Virus record (IMG/VR): IMGVR_UViG_3300020469_003050 | Coordinates: 248,001 to 312,000 of that record | DNA length: 64,000 nucleotides | Reading direction: 5' to 3' (one strand) | Made by a program: the position numbers and the translations under genes | Part shown: piece after piece, positions 56,457-64,000 of the stretch | How positions within the stretch are numbered: position 1 is the stretch's first letter | Layout of the letters: every line of letters starts with the position of its first letter | Notes under the pieces: model-generated | What the model saw: only the letters and a program-made list of their open reading frames with translations | Database searches by the model: none | What the model was told of the DNA's origin: nothing

Positions 56457-57467
56457 ATGATGATTTTTTTAGTAAGATATTTTATAAAATGGGTTATTCA
56501 GGGTTGGATCCTTGCCAGATTAGCCAAAAGAGTTAGAAAGGCATTAGTAAAAAAGTACAATTTAGAAGGCAAATTTAAAGAAACTGTTAAGAACAAAAAA
56601 GATATAGATTGGAAAAAGATTAAATGGTATGCTGAATTAGCCGGTTATATTTACAAAGATAACAAAAGTATTCAGAAAAAGTACAAGAATCTTGATAAGA
56701 AAATATACATAAACGAGATTAACGAAATCAAGTACTGCATTATAACTGATAATCACAGACAAGCATATTATATATCAATAAGAGGCACGAAGAATTCTCA
56801 TAATGCAATGCAAGATATTAACTTTTTCAAAGATAAGAGTTTCAGACTAGGTATAGAATTACACACAGGCTTTCATAGAACTGCCGAAATGATAGCAGAT
56901 GATATCATGGGTAGATTAGATAAGACTTGGGATATAACTGTAACTGGTCATAGTTTAGGTGGTGCAGAAGCAGTAATCGTAAGTTGGTATTTAGATTATG
57001 CAGGATTTAAAGTTTCTGAGTGTATTACATACGGTCAACCTAAAGTAACAGATTCACACGGTACTAGAGCAATGAGAGGTAAGATTAAACTTACACGTAT
57101 TGTTAATGAAACAGATATAGTTGCATTAGTCCCACCAGCTGGAACGCATAGACATAGATATGCTCATAGTGGTACATTAATTAAATTGCTAGACAATGGT
57201 AAATATTGTCATTTAGAAGAACCAGATAGTTTAAACTTTGGTGTGAATAGTTTCTGGTTGTTCGCGGCAAGAGAAGATTTTTCATTTTGGGAAGTTGGCA
57301 AAGAACTGCCCGACCATTACATGACAGGTTACATCGACAATATTGATAAAATAGTCGATAATGGCGAAGAGGTCTTATGGAATAAAAGACTAGAACATAT
57401 TGAAGACAGTGGCATGTTAGGTGAATGGGTGAAAGATGATAAGAAGAAAGGTAAGGGTAAAAAATAG
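56457..57467 (+). CDS. Lipase class 3
   Basis: IRGT, HTGF, TGHSLGG, TYGQP, DIV, DH; late box at 56417, GGAGG SD. Confidence 0.88.
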   Translation: MMIFLVRYFIKWVIQGWILARLAKRVRKALVKKYNLEGKFKETVKNKKDIDWKKIKWYAELAGYIYKDNKSIQKKYKNLDKKIYINEINEIKYCIITDNHRQAYYISIRGTKNSHNAMQDINFFKDKSFRLGIELHTGFHRTAEMIADDIMGRLDKTWDITVTGHSLGGAEAVIVSWYLDYAGFKVSECITYGQPKVTDSHGTRAMRGKIKLTRIVNETDIVALVPPAGTHRHRYAHSGTLIKLLDNGKYCHLEEPDSLNFGVNSFWLFAAREDFSFWEVGKELPDHYMTGYIDNIDKIVDNGEEVLWNKRLEHIEDSGMLGEWVKDDKKKGKGKK

Positions 57468-57704
57468 ATGGAAGATAAATTAATCGACATTGACCATTTA
57501 GATAAAGCAGAAGCAAATTGGTTTACTCATTTTTACAAGGCGATGTATTTTAACGGTATTGGTTTGCTAATGGTAATAACAGGCATTATTCATGCTTTCT
57601 TTCCACAGTTTTTTGGATTTCTTCCATATAAACTTGCAAAGAAAATAACAGACGGGACAGAAAAGAACTTTCCTGGTTGTTTGAAAGATGCCAATAAAAA
57701 GTAA
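57468..57704 (+). CDS. DUF6356-like small protein
   Basis: HLDKAEANWFTHF..GIIHAFFP. Confidence 0.6.
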   Translation: MEDKLIDIDHLDKAEANWFTHFYKAMYFNGIGLLMVITGIIHAFFPQFFGFLPYKLAKKITDGTEKNFPGCLKDANKK

Positions 57705-57716
57705 TTGGAGAGGATT

Positions 57717-58157
57717 ATGTATGAGTACCGATGTAAAATACTAAGAATAGTAGACGGAGACACAGTAGACGTTGATATTGACTTAGGCTTTGGTGTATGG
57801 ATGCACAGAGAAAGAGTTAGGATTATGGGTATTGATACTCCTGAGTCTAGAACCAGAGATTTAACTGAAAAGAAATTCGGACTTGCGGCTAAAGAGTTTG
57901 TAAGATTTTTAATGCCAGTTGGGTCTAGTCAAATTATCATGACACAAAAAGATAAGACAGGTAAGTTTGGCAGAATTTTAGGAGACTTTAAAATCTGGGA
58001 TAAAGATAAAGATGATTATGTAACATTTACTACAGTTATGTTAGACAATCATCATGCAGTCCCTTATGAAGGTCAATCAAAAGACGCCATACAAGAACAA
58101 CACCTGGAAAACAGAAAATGGCTAATAGAAGCAGGCCAAGTTAAATTGGAGGACTAA
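57717..58157 (+). CDS. Thermonuclease (SNase)-like nuclease
   Basis: RIVDGDT, RIMGIDTPESRT, GKFGRILG. Confidence 0.88.
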   Translation: MYEYRCKILRIVDGDTVDVDIDLGFGVWMHRERVRIMGIDTPESRTRDLTEKKFGLAAKEFVRFLMPVGSSQIIMTQKDKTGKFGRILGDFKIWDKDKDDYVTFTTVMLDNHHAVPYEGQSKDAIQEQHLENRKWLIEAGQVKLED

Positions 58158-58160
58158 AGA

Positions 58161-58991
58161 ATGGCTTTTAAGTTTAATTTCACTGTAGAACATGTAGCAG
58201 AATTACTACCACGCATAGATGCTAACGAATGGCACGATGCAATGACTAGAGTTTTGCCTAGGTGGGATATTGATACCGTTGATAGAGTAGCAGGTTTTAT
58301 TGCTCAGACGGCTCATGAGTCCGCTGGATTTACTGTTCTATCTGAAAATCTAAATTACAGTGCAGATGCACTAGATAAGATTTTCCCGAAATATTTTAAA
58401 CGTGCAGGAAGAAATGCACAAGAATATCATAGACAACCAGAAAAAATCGCAAACGTAATCTATGCAAATCGTATGGATAACGGAGATACTGACTCTGGTG
58501 ACGGTTGGAGATTTAGAGGTGGGGGAATCCTACAACTAACAGGTCGTCACAACTATACAAAGTTTGGAGAGTCAGAAAGAAGAACTGCGGAAGAATGTAC
58601 TGATTTTGTTCGCACACCTATTGGTGCATTAGCAAGTGCATGTTGGTTCTGGGAGACTAACAATATTAATCGTTATTGTGATGCACAAGATATTGTTGGA
58701 ATGACAAAACGTATCAATGGTGGAACTATAGGACTAGAAGACCGTAAGAAACATTATGCACATGCGATAGAAGTACTAGGTGGTCATTATGATCCAAAAG
58801 AAGTACTAGAGACTGTTCGTAAAGGTAGCAAAGGAAGTACTGTTGCAAAAATGCAAAAAGCCCTTGGTATTAGTGCAGATGGAGATTTCGGCCCTGGAAC
58901 AGAAGCGAAGTTGAAAGAATGGCAAACAAGTCAAGGACTAGTTGCTGACGGTATTGCAGGACCAAAAACTTTAGCGAAACTATTGGGTTAA
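58161..58991 (+). CDS. Endolysin: GH19 chitinase-like + C-terminal peptidoglycan-binding domain
   Basis: AQTAHES, ENLNYS, FRGGGILQLTG, TKRINGG; ADGDFGPGT..Q..GLVADGIAGPKT. Confidence 0.92.
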   Translation: MAFKFNFTVEHVAELLPRIDANEWHDAMTRVLPRWDIDTVDRVAGFIAQTAHESAGFTVLSENLNYSADALDKIFPKYFKRAGRNAQEYHRQPEKIANVIYANRMDNGDTDSGDGWRFRGGGILQLTGRHNYTKFGESERRTAEECTDFVRTPIGALASACWFWETNNINRYCDAQDIVGMTKRINGGTIGLEDRKKHYAHAIEVLGGHYDPKEVLETVRKGSKGSTVAKMQKALGISADGDFGPGTEAKLKEWQTSQGLVADGIAGPKTLAKLLG

Positions 58992-59089
58992 TGAACCCAC
59001 AACTTATCACAGTTTACCTCATGATAGGTATTTGTATATTATTACACGTTGTTGTAATACCAATATGGATGTGGAGTTTGGGATTATAA
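58991..59089 (+). CDS. 32-aa single-TM peptide coupled to the endolysin
   Basis: TAATG overlap; MNPQLITVYLMIGICILLHVVVIPIWMWSLGL. Confidence 0.5.
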   Translation: MNPQLITVYLMIGICILLHVVVIPIWMWSLGL

Positions 59090-59095
59090 AAGAAT

Positions 59096-59122
59096 AAAGG
59101 GATCATAAAGATCCCTTTTTTT
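59096..59122. terminator. Bidirectional terminator
   Basis: AAAGGGATC-ATAAA-GATCCCTTTTTTT. Confidence 0.8.
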
Positions 59123-59261
59123 ATTTGCCTTGACCGTTGTACTTTTTGTACTGTCTTCTTTTATTCTTATTCTTAGGTCTAGTTCTGTTTGAATGTCCTA
59201 TAGATGTTCTTTTCTTAGGTCCCTTTTCATGTGCAGTAGTGTTAGGTGCGTACCTCGCCAT
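59121..59261 (-). CDS. 46-aa very basic small protein
   Basis: MARYAPNTTAHEKGPKKRTSIGHSNRTRPKNKNKRRQYKKYNGQGK; AAGGA SD. Confidence 0.7.
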   Translation of the reverse strand: MARYAPNTTAHEKGPKKRTSIGHSNRTRPKNKNKRRQYKKYNGQGK

Positions 59262-59277
59262 AAATCCTTTCTAGTGA

Positions 59278-59694
59278 TTACCACTTCCTACAAGACCAAT
59301 ATCTTGCTTTAGTCTTTGGACCTGGGTTATCACAGTTATGTCTAGCCCTGAAAGATTTTCTTCTAGCAGGATTAGATTTTTTAATTTTCATATTTGGATC
59401 ACCAAAGCTAACTTTGATAACATTGCCTTTATCATTCTTTACATAAACCTTAAACTTCTTAACATCACCACGCATTGGCTTGTTAAGTTTAACTTTACGT
59501 CCTTGATATTCAGCTTCAAACATATCTGCTTCATCTTCTGAGAAAGCTAGATATCCGTATTCTTCATGAAAATCTTGGTCATCTTCTAGTACTACTTCAT
59601 TCGTAACAGTTTCACTGTTGATAGTTTCTTCATCACGAATAGCATCAACAATCGAATCACGCAATCTTTTCATTTCGTTTGATAATTGACTCAT
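59278..59694 (-). CDS. Head-internal-type protein (DUF6321-like C-terminus)
   Basis: FEAEYQGRKV..FGDPNM..RRKSFRARHNC..ARYWSC. Confidence 0.75.
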   Translation of the reverse strand: MSQLSNEMKRLRDSIVDAIRDEETINSETVTNEVVLEDDQDFHEEYGYLAFSEDEADMFEAEYQGRKVKLNKPMRGDVKKFKVYVKNDKGNVIKVSFGDPNMKIKKSNPARRKSFRARHNCDNPGPKTKARYWSCRKW

Positions 59695-59891
59695 TTCTTT
59701 TTTCCTTTGTTATTACATTCTGAACATCTACAATGCTCACATATCTTTACTTCTCTGTATTCGCCACCATCGATAGCATAATCTTTAAATGTTGCATACT
59801 TTGGTCCACCGCAGTGAGAAGTATGCCCACAGTTTTGACAACAAGTCTGAGTAGTTCTAGTACTAGGAGACTCTATTATCAGTTGTGCCAT
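59691..59891 (-). CDS. Small Cys/His zinc-binding protein
   Basis: CQNCGHTSHC..CEHCRCSEC. Confidence 0.7.
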   Translation of the reverse strand: MAQLIIESPSTRTTQTCCQNCGHTSHCGGPKYATFKDYAIDGGEYREVKICEHCRCSECNNKGKKK

Positions 59892-60088
59892 TATTTACTT
59901 CCTATGTATCCAGCGATAATACCTATTAACCCTGTAAGAGCCATCTTCATAAGAGTAATTACACTTTCGTCTACTGGTCTGTTTTCTTGTAATGCTACAT
60001 AATAGTCACCTACAATAATAACACCTAATAGTGCTAAGACACCTGCAACTAATACAACAATTATTAAGTCTTTTAAATTCTTAATCAT
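59891..60088 (-). CDS. 2-TM small membrane protein
   Basis: Two hydrophobic helices; GAGGA SD; late box 60106-60113. Confidence 0.7.
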   Translation of the reverse strand: MIKNLKDLIIVVLVAGVLALLGVIIVGDYYVALQENRPVDESVITLMKMALTGLIGIIAGYIGSK

Positions 60089-60218
60089 TTTTCAATCCTC
60101 TCAGATATTTATATTCATATCTAGTATCACCTTGCATATATCTTTGCCATGCCGGAGTGTTTAATCTTTTATCTGCTTCCGTAACTTGCATCTTAATAAT
60201 TTTTTTATTCTTATTCAT
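60081..60218 (-). CDS. 45-aa small protein
   Basis: MNKNKKIIKMQVTEADKRLNTPAWQRYMQGDTRYEYKYLRGLKND. Confidence 0.55.
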   Translation of the reverse strand: MNKNKKIIKMQVTEADKRLNTPAWQRYMQGDTRYEYKYLRGLKND

Positions 60219-60219
60219 A

Positions 60220-60624
60220 TTATTTCTTTGGACGATTACTTACGTTCTTTGCTTTACCTTTACGATTTTTGTTCGGGTCATTTGTCTTTTTACGTTTAAC
60301 TGCATTAGCAATAGCTTTCTTGCCACCACTACTTCTAAGACTTGCGGCTTTAGATTTTGATAAACATTTTGGCTTACCTTCGCCTTTGCCACTATCTCCA
60401 CATTTGCCTACACGTTCACCTTTAGTGTTATAACGATCCCAGCCGCCACCGCCTGCTCCGCCTTTTTTACCTTTACCAAACCAAGCACGTAAATCTTCAT
60501 CTAATACTGATTCTACTTTACGACAATCAGGTACACGTTTACCAAACATCATTTTAGTGCCGTGCTTCTTATAGCCCTTCCAGCACTTTTCGAAAAGTTT
60601 ACTATCTATCTCTGCAATTTTCAT
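60220..60624 (-). CDS. Modular basic head-internal-type protein
   Basis: MKIAEIDSKLFE|KCWKGY..VPDC; LDE|DLRAWFG..GKC..PKC. Confidence 0.75.
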   Translation of the reverse strand: MKIAEIDSKLFEKCWKGYKKHGTKMMFGKRVPDCRKVESVLDEDLRAWFGKGKKGGAGGGGWDRYNTKGERVGKCGDSGKGEGKPKCLSKSKAASLRSSGGKKAIANAVKRKKTNDPNKNRKGKAKNVSNRPKK

Positions 60625-61664
60625 TACTTTGAATTACCCCAATTTTTAGCACCTACTTTACGACACTTAACTAAGGCACCAGATGCATATGCACTAGGCC
60701 AAACTTTGTATCTGCTTTTTACTTTATGATAACAAGCATCTTTTTCACCAGCCGCTTCATCAAATTGTTCTTCTGTTAATGCTTCTGACTTATCAATACT
60801 TTCCATTTGATAATAATCTTCTTCTGGTTTAATCTCTGGTGCGATTTCAACTGTTTGATTTACAATTTCTTCTACTGTATTCATATCAGCGGCATCTTCA
60901 ATGTATAATGTACCTTTGTTAAAGAACCCATTTATACCTTCTTGTTGTAATGCGTTAATGATTGCACCTTCATAACCTTCGTCAATCTTTGCACTTTCAT
61001 CTAATTCATCTTTATAATATCCTTCGCCTTGTTTTATTAAACTTGCTAAGTCTTCACCTGGGTGTGCATCAATCCAATGCATGATATCAGCAATGATATC
61101 GCCTGGAGCATCAGCACCCATGTTCTTTAGGATATTGTCAATATTTTTTACACTTTCGGCTCTGCCTCTAGCAACACTGCCACCTTTTTCTTCTGTCTTC
61201 ATGCCAGTATAGTCATTGTCAAGTTTTTGGAATTCTTCATAAGACATGTACATATCAGTGTCAGGGTCATAGTACTTGCCTTCTTTTGGATCATAGTAAA
61301 CTACTTTACCACTTAGTGTAGAGAAAGGACCTTCTAGTCCATCACGTGATTGATATTTGTCTCTATCAATCGATGGTAGAACTTTGTAACCTTCGTCTAC
61401 TTGTTGGCCGTCCATGTAATCTGCGACATTTTGTAGATAATCTTCTGCCATAGTTAATTTAGATGCAACCCAACCTTCAAGACCGTCTTGTTCTGATAAA
61501 TCTTTAAGATGTTTTGCTATTCTTACTGAACTTTTAACAGATGATAGTAATTGTGACTTTGCCATGCTAACTTCATGGTCTGTGTGATTTGCATCTTCCA
61601 TATCGTGTTCTACTACTTTCATAGCATTTTCAACGATATTCTTCCATTTTTTTACGTCTGACAT
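60624..61664 (-). CDS. Modular head-internal-type polyprotein
   Basis: Modules separated by VDE/LDE/IDE/FDE; ends KDACYHKVKSRYKVWPSAYASGALVKCRK; minus late box 61717-61724. Confidence 0.75.
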   Translation of the reverse strand: MSDVKKWKNIVENAMKVVEHDMEDANHTDHEVSMAKSQLLSSVKSSVRIAKHLKDLSEQDGLEGWVASKLTMAEDYLQNVADYMDGQQVDEGYKVLPSIDRDKYQSRDGLEGPFSTLSGKVVYYDPKEGKYYDPDTDMYMSYEEFQKLDNDYTGMKTEEKGGSVARGRAESVKNIDNILKNMGADAPGDIIADIMHWIDAHPGEDLASLIKQGEGYYKDELDESAKIDEGYEGAIINALQQEGINGFFNKGTLYIEDAADMNTVEEIVNQTVEIAPEIKPEEDYYQMESIDKSEALTEEQFDEAAGEKDACYHKVKSRYKVWPSAYASGALVKCRKVGAKNWGNSK

Positions 61665-61686
61665 ATCTAATTCCTTTAATAAAACC

Positions 61687-61715
61687 TTGACTTTTAGTTT
61701 ATATTGTAATATAAT
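61687..61715 (+). promoter_or_regulatory. Sigma70 early promoter facing a minus-strand late box
   Basis: TTGACT-17-TATAAT. Confidence 0.75.
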
Positions 61716-61750
61716 GTATTTATCATTATTGTAAAGGAAGTAAGCAGATT

Positions 61751-62038
61751 ATGACAACACACGAATTTAAATTCAAGTTTAGCACACGTGAGCAATTCTA
61801 TGGTATTGTTAGACTGCTTAATGCTGAATGTGGTAAGGGGAACTGGACTATTAAAGGTAAAGTACTTAAAGGATTGAAACGAATTGAGACTACATGGGGT
61901 GGTTGGGGTATGTCCTCACATAATACTGCTTATACTCCATATGTAGAGAAAACAGTAGTTGTACCTGAAAAGTATAAACACGTAGAATCTATGCTACTTT
62001 TCATATACAAAGATGAACGAATTAAAGCAAATGACTAA
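61751..62038 (+). CDS. Hypothetical early protein
   Basis: ORF after early promoter. Confidence 0.7.
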   Translation: MTTHEFKFKFSTREQFYGIVRLLNAECGKGNWTIKGKVLKGLKRIETTWGGWGMSSHNTAYTPYVEKTVVVPEKYKHVESMLLFIYKDERIKAND

Positions 62039-62435
62039 GACTTTACTCACAATAGAAAAATCATTACACAGTAGACTAGATGCGGAAGATATATCTCCCG
62101 TTAGTGTACAAGTATTTCCATCATGGGAAGAGGGCTTTAAAGGACACAAGAGAAAAAGAGGTGTCTATATTATCTTTGATGAAGATGAAATGATTTATGT
62201 AGGTAAAGGATTCTTTTCTGCACGTAATAAAAGCCATTACGATAAAGCGACAAACAAAGCAAATTATAATCCAAAAGGCTGGATATGGTTTAAAGAAAAT
62301 TATAATTATAGTATTGACAACTGGCACCTATTTCTGATAGAATTAGATAGTGAAGTAGATATAACTTTTATGGAAGGCGCATTGATTAAAGATTTGCGTC
62401 CACTCGCAAACGATGAGGTATACATTGACAGGTAA
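62013..62435 (+). CDS. GIY-YIG nuclease
   Basis: GVY..IYVGKG..R..H..EGALI..P..N. Confidence 0.8.
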   Translation: MNELKQMTKTLLTIEKSLHSRLDAEDISPVSVQVFPSWEEGFKGHKRKRGVYIIFDEDEMIYVGKGFFSARNKSHYDKATNKANYNPKGWIWFKENYNYSIDNWHLFLIELDSEVDITFMEGALIKDLRPLANDEVYIDR

Positions 62436-63438
62436 AGTTGGGTTCGCATGTAAATTCATGCACGAAAATCAAAGTCTCAAGCCTAAGGAGTTGAAGGAGA
62501 TTCAACAGCCTCTGAACTTTCGTGGTACAACTATTAAATGGTTACGTGAAAATAAATCACAAGCACAAGAAAAAGTTTACGAACTTGTAGAACATAACTT
62601 GAATGCTACAGAAAATCTTATTGACTATGTAAGCACGTTACCTATGCAACAACGTATGATGCGATTAGGTAGCGACATGTTACCTGCATATACAGAAGTT
62701 AATTTTCAACATCTAACAAAAACTAATTACATCACTAATTTGATAGCAGATAGGCTAAATACAATTGGTGAGAAGGCACGGGCAAATAATATACGTTTAT
62801 CTATGCACCCAGGTCAATTCACTGTTCTTGCATCGGATAGACCCGATGTTGTAGAAAATAGCATAAAGGAATTCGAATACCATGCAGATATCATCAGGTG
62901 GTTGGGCTACGGCAAGTCGTTTCAAGACTTCAAATGTAACGTCCACATATCGGGTAGAAAAGGTCCAGACGGCATCAAAGCAATACTCAGAAGACTCTCG
63001 CAAGAGGCGAGAAACACAATCACAATCGAAAACGAGGAAAACACGTGGGGTCTCGATTCTTGCCTAGAACTAGAGAAAGATGTTCCTCTAGTACTCGACA
63101 TACATCATCACTGGTGTCACACTAACGGTGAATACATTTCTGCGGAAGATGACCGTGTTAAGCGGGTTATTGATAGTTGGCGTGGGGTGCGGCCCACTCT
63201 ACACTACTCAGTGTCAAGAGAAGAACTCTTGCCCGACCACCCGACAGACAGACGGCCTGACTACAAAAGTTTGTGTGAGCAGGGCCTTAACAAACAAAAA
63301 CTCAGGGCCCATAGTGACTACATGTGGAACACAGATGTCAACGAATGGGCAGGCACATTCCGTAGAGATTTCGATATCATGGTAGAGGCTAAATGTAAAA
63401 ATCTAGCAAGTATTCCGTTTGAGGAGAGTACAAGATGA
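62413..63438 (+). CDS. uvsE: UV-damage endonuclease
   Basis: GFACK, RLGSD, RLSMHPGQF, ITIENEE, VLDIHHH, HYS, AHSD, DIMVEAK. Confidence 0.93.
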   Translation: MRYTLTGKVGFACKFMHENQSLKPKELKEIQQPLNFRGTTIKWLRENKSQAQEKVYELVEHNLNATENLIDYVSTLPMQQRMMRLGSDMLPAYTEVNFQHLTKTNYITNLIADRLNTIGEKARANNIRLSMHPGQFTVLASDRPDVVENSIKEFEYHADIIRWLGYGKSFQDFKCNVHISGRKGPDGIKAILRRLSQEARNTITIENEENTWGLDSCLELEKDVPLVLDIHHHWCHTNGEYISAEDDRVKRVIDSWRGVRPTLHYSVSREELLPDHPTDRRPDYKSLCEQGLNKQKLRAHSDYMWNTDVNEWAGTFRRDFDIMVEAKCKNLASIPFEESTR

Positions 63439-63572
63439 ATAAAGAAACAATCATCAAAGAGATAGAGAAACTAAAACAAACGTTACACATATCAGAAATT
63501 GAAAAAGTACAACACAAATATTTAGAAGGGATTAGGGACAAGATAAAGGTATTGAGTGCCAAATTAAAATAG
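63435..63572 (+). CDS. 45-aa hypothetical protein
   Basis: GAGGAG SD; ATGA overlap. Confidence 0.55.
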   Translation: MNKETIIKEIEKLKQTLHISEIEKVQHKYLEGIRDKIKVLSAKLK

Positions 63573-63752
63573 ATGAAATCGTATACAATAGAATTAAAAG
63601 TTGGTGATAAAATCGATTTAGGTCGATTTAAAAACGTTCGGTCTGAAATTAAAGACATTAAACTTGATGACCATGGTCAGCCAGTAATTATTACAAGTAA
63701 AGGCGAGAAGAAAGCATTAAGTTTTAGACTTAGAAAGTTAGATACTAAATGA
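63573..63752 (+). CDS. 59-aa hypothetical protein
   Basis: MKSYTIELKVGDKIDLGRFKN..DDHGQP. Confidence 0.6.
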   Translation: MKSYTIELKVGDKIDLGRFKNVRSEIKDIKLDDHGQPVIITSKGEKKALSFRLRKLDTK

Positions 63753-63988
63753 GACCTACGTTACAACAACTAGTAGAATTAGCAAGAGAATCAAACATAA
63801 CAGATCCAATAGATTGGTCAAACTTAAACGTATCAGAAGATACAGTTTATGAAATGATTGGTCTTAGTGTTATTGAAATGTTAGATAAGATAGAAGGAAA
63901 AGATGCTGAGATAATCATGTCTGCTTCCATACTTAAACTGACGGTTGAAAATTTTGTACTGAATCTGAGGCTCAATGGCAAAATATGA
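63749..63988 (+). CDS. Hypothetical protein
   Basis: Coupled ORF; DPIDW..KLTVENFVLNL. Confidence 0.65.
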   Translation: MRPTLQQLVELARESNITDPIDWSNLNVSEDTVYEMIGLSVIEMLDKIEGKDAEIIMSASILKLTVENFVLNLRLNGKI

Positions 63989-64000
63989 CGGACAGGGCGC

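Noticed and set aside
62013-62435. GIY-YIG gene as an intron-encoded homing endonuclease
   Set aside because: No interrupted gene or intron core, and no extra DNA-binding domain; it sits next to uvsE
1-64000. CRISPR array or cas operon (prompted by the Cas4-like nuclease at 16156)
   Set aside because: No regularly spaced direct repeats seen; 16156 lacks the Cas4 Fe-S cysteines and fits a common phage exonuclease
1-64000. Alternative genetic code (stop-codon recoding)
   Set aside because: Conserved genes are full length in code 11 and coding density is high; TAG and TGA both serve as stops

Overview
This is a 64-kb, AT-rich, densely coding, mostly + strand segment of a large (jumbo-type) tailed phage genome, distantly T4-like. 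It uses two promoter classes: sigma70-type early promoters (TTGACN-17-TATAAT) and more than 20 T4-late-like (G/T/C)ATAAATA boxes. Replication genes include a miniature DnaE-like protein, primase, gp41/DnaB helicase and a PD-(D/E)xK exonuclease. There is a late head/virion block with PAAR and tail-like genes, and a lysis region (lipase, GH19 endolysin). Host-type translation and proteostasis genes are unusually complete: a circularly permuted two-piece tmRNA of alphaproteobacterial type (tag ANDNYQPEMAMAA), ClpX, ClpP, ClpS, IF3, bS21, peptide deformylase, and Hsp20 with a ROSE-like thermometer. Metabolic and tailoring genes are numerous: Prs, DHOD, FdxA, YggX, PiT-like transporter, TctC/TctA, APS kinase plus a HIGH-type nucleotidyltransferase, four sulfotransferase-like proteins, 2OG-Fe(II) oxygenases, methyltransferases, radical SAM, MTAN, HIT and UvsE. 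The leading candidates for undescribed biology are: (1) a phage sulfur-uptake/PAPS/sulfation module; (2) a free-standing ~217-nt structured ncRNA and other structured leaders; (3) systematic leaderless mRNAs at both promoter classes alongside phage IF3/bS21; and (4) enzymes carrying capsid-targeting-like leaders. All calls come from motif recognition by eye; no searches were run. The host is probably a marine or aquatic proteobacterium, with an alphaproteobacterial signal from the tmRNA (inference).
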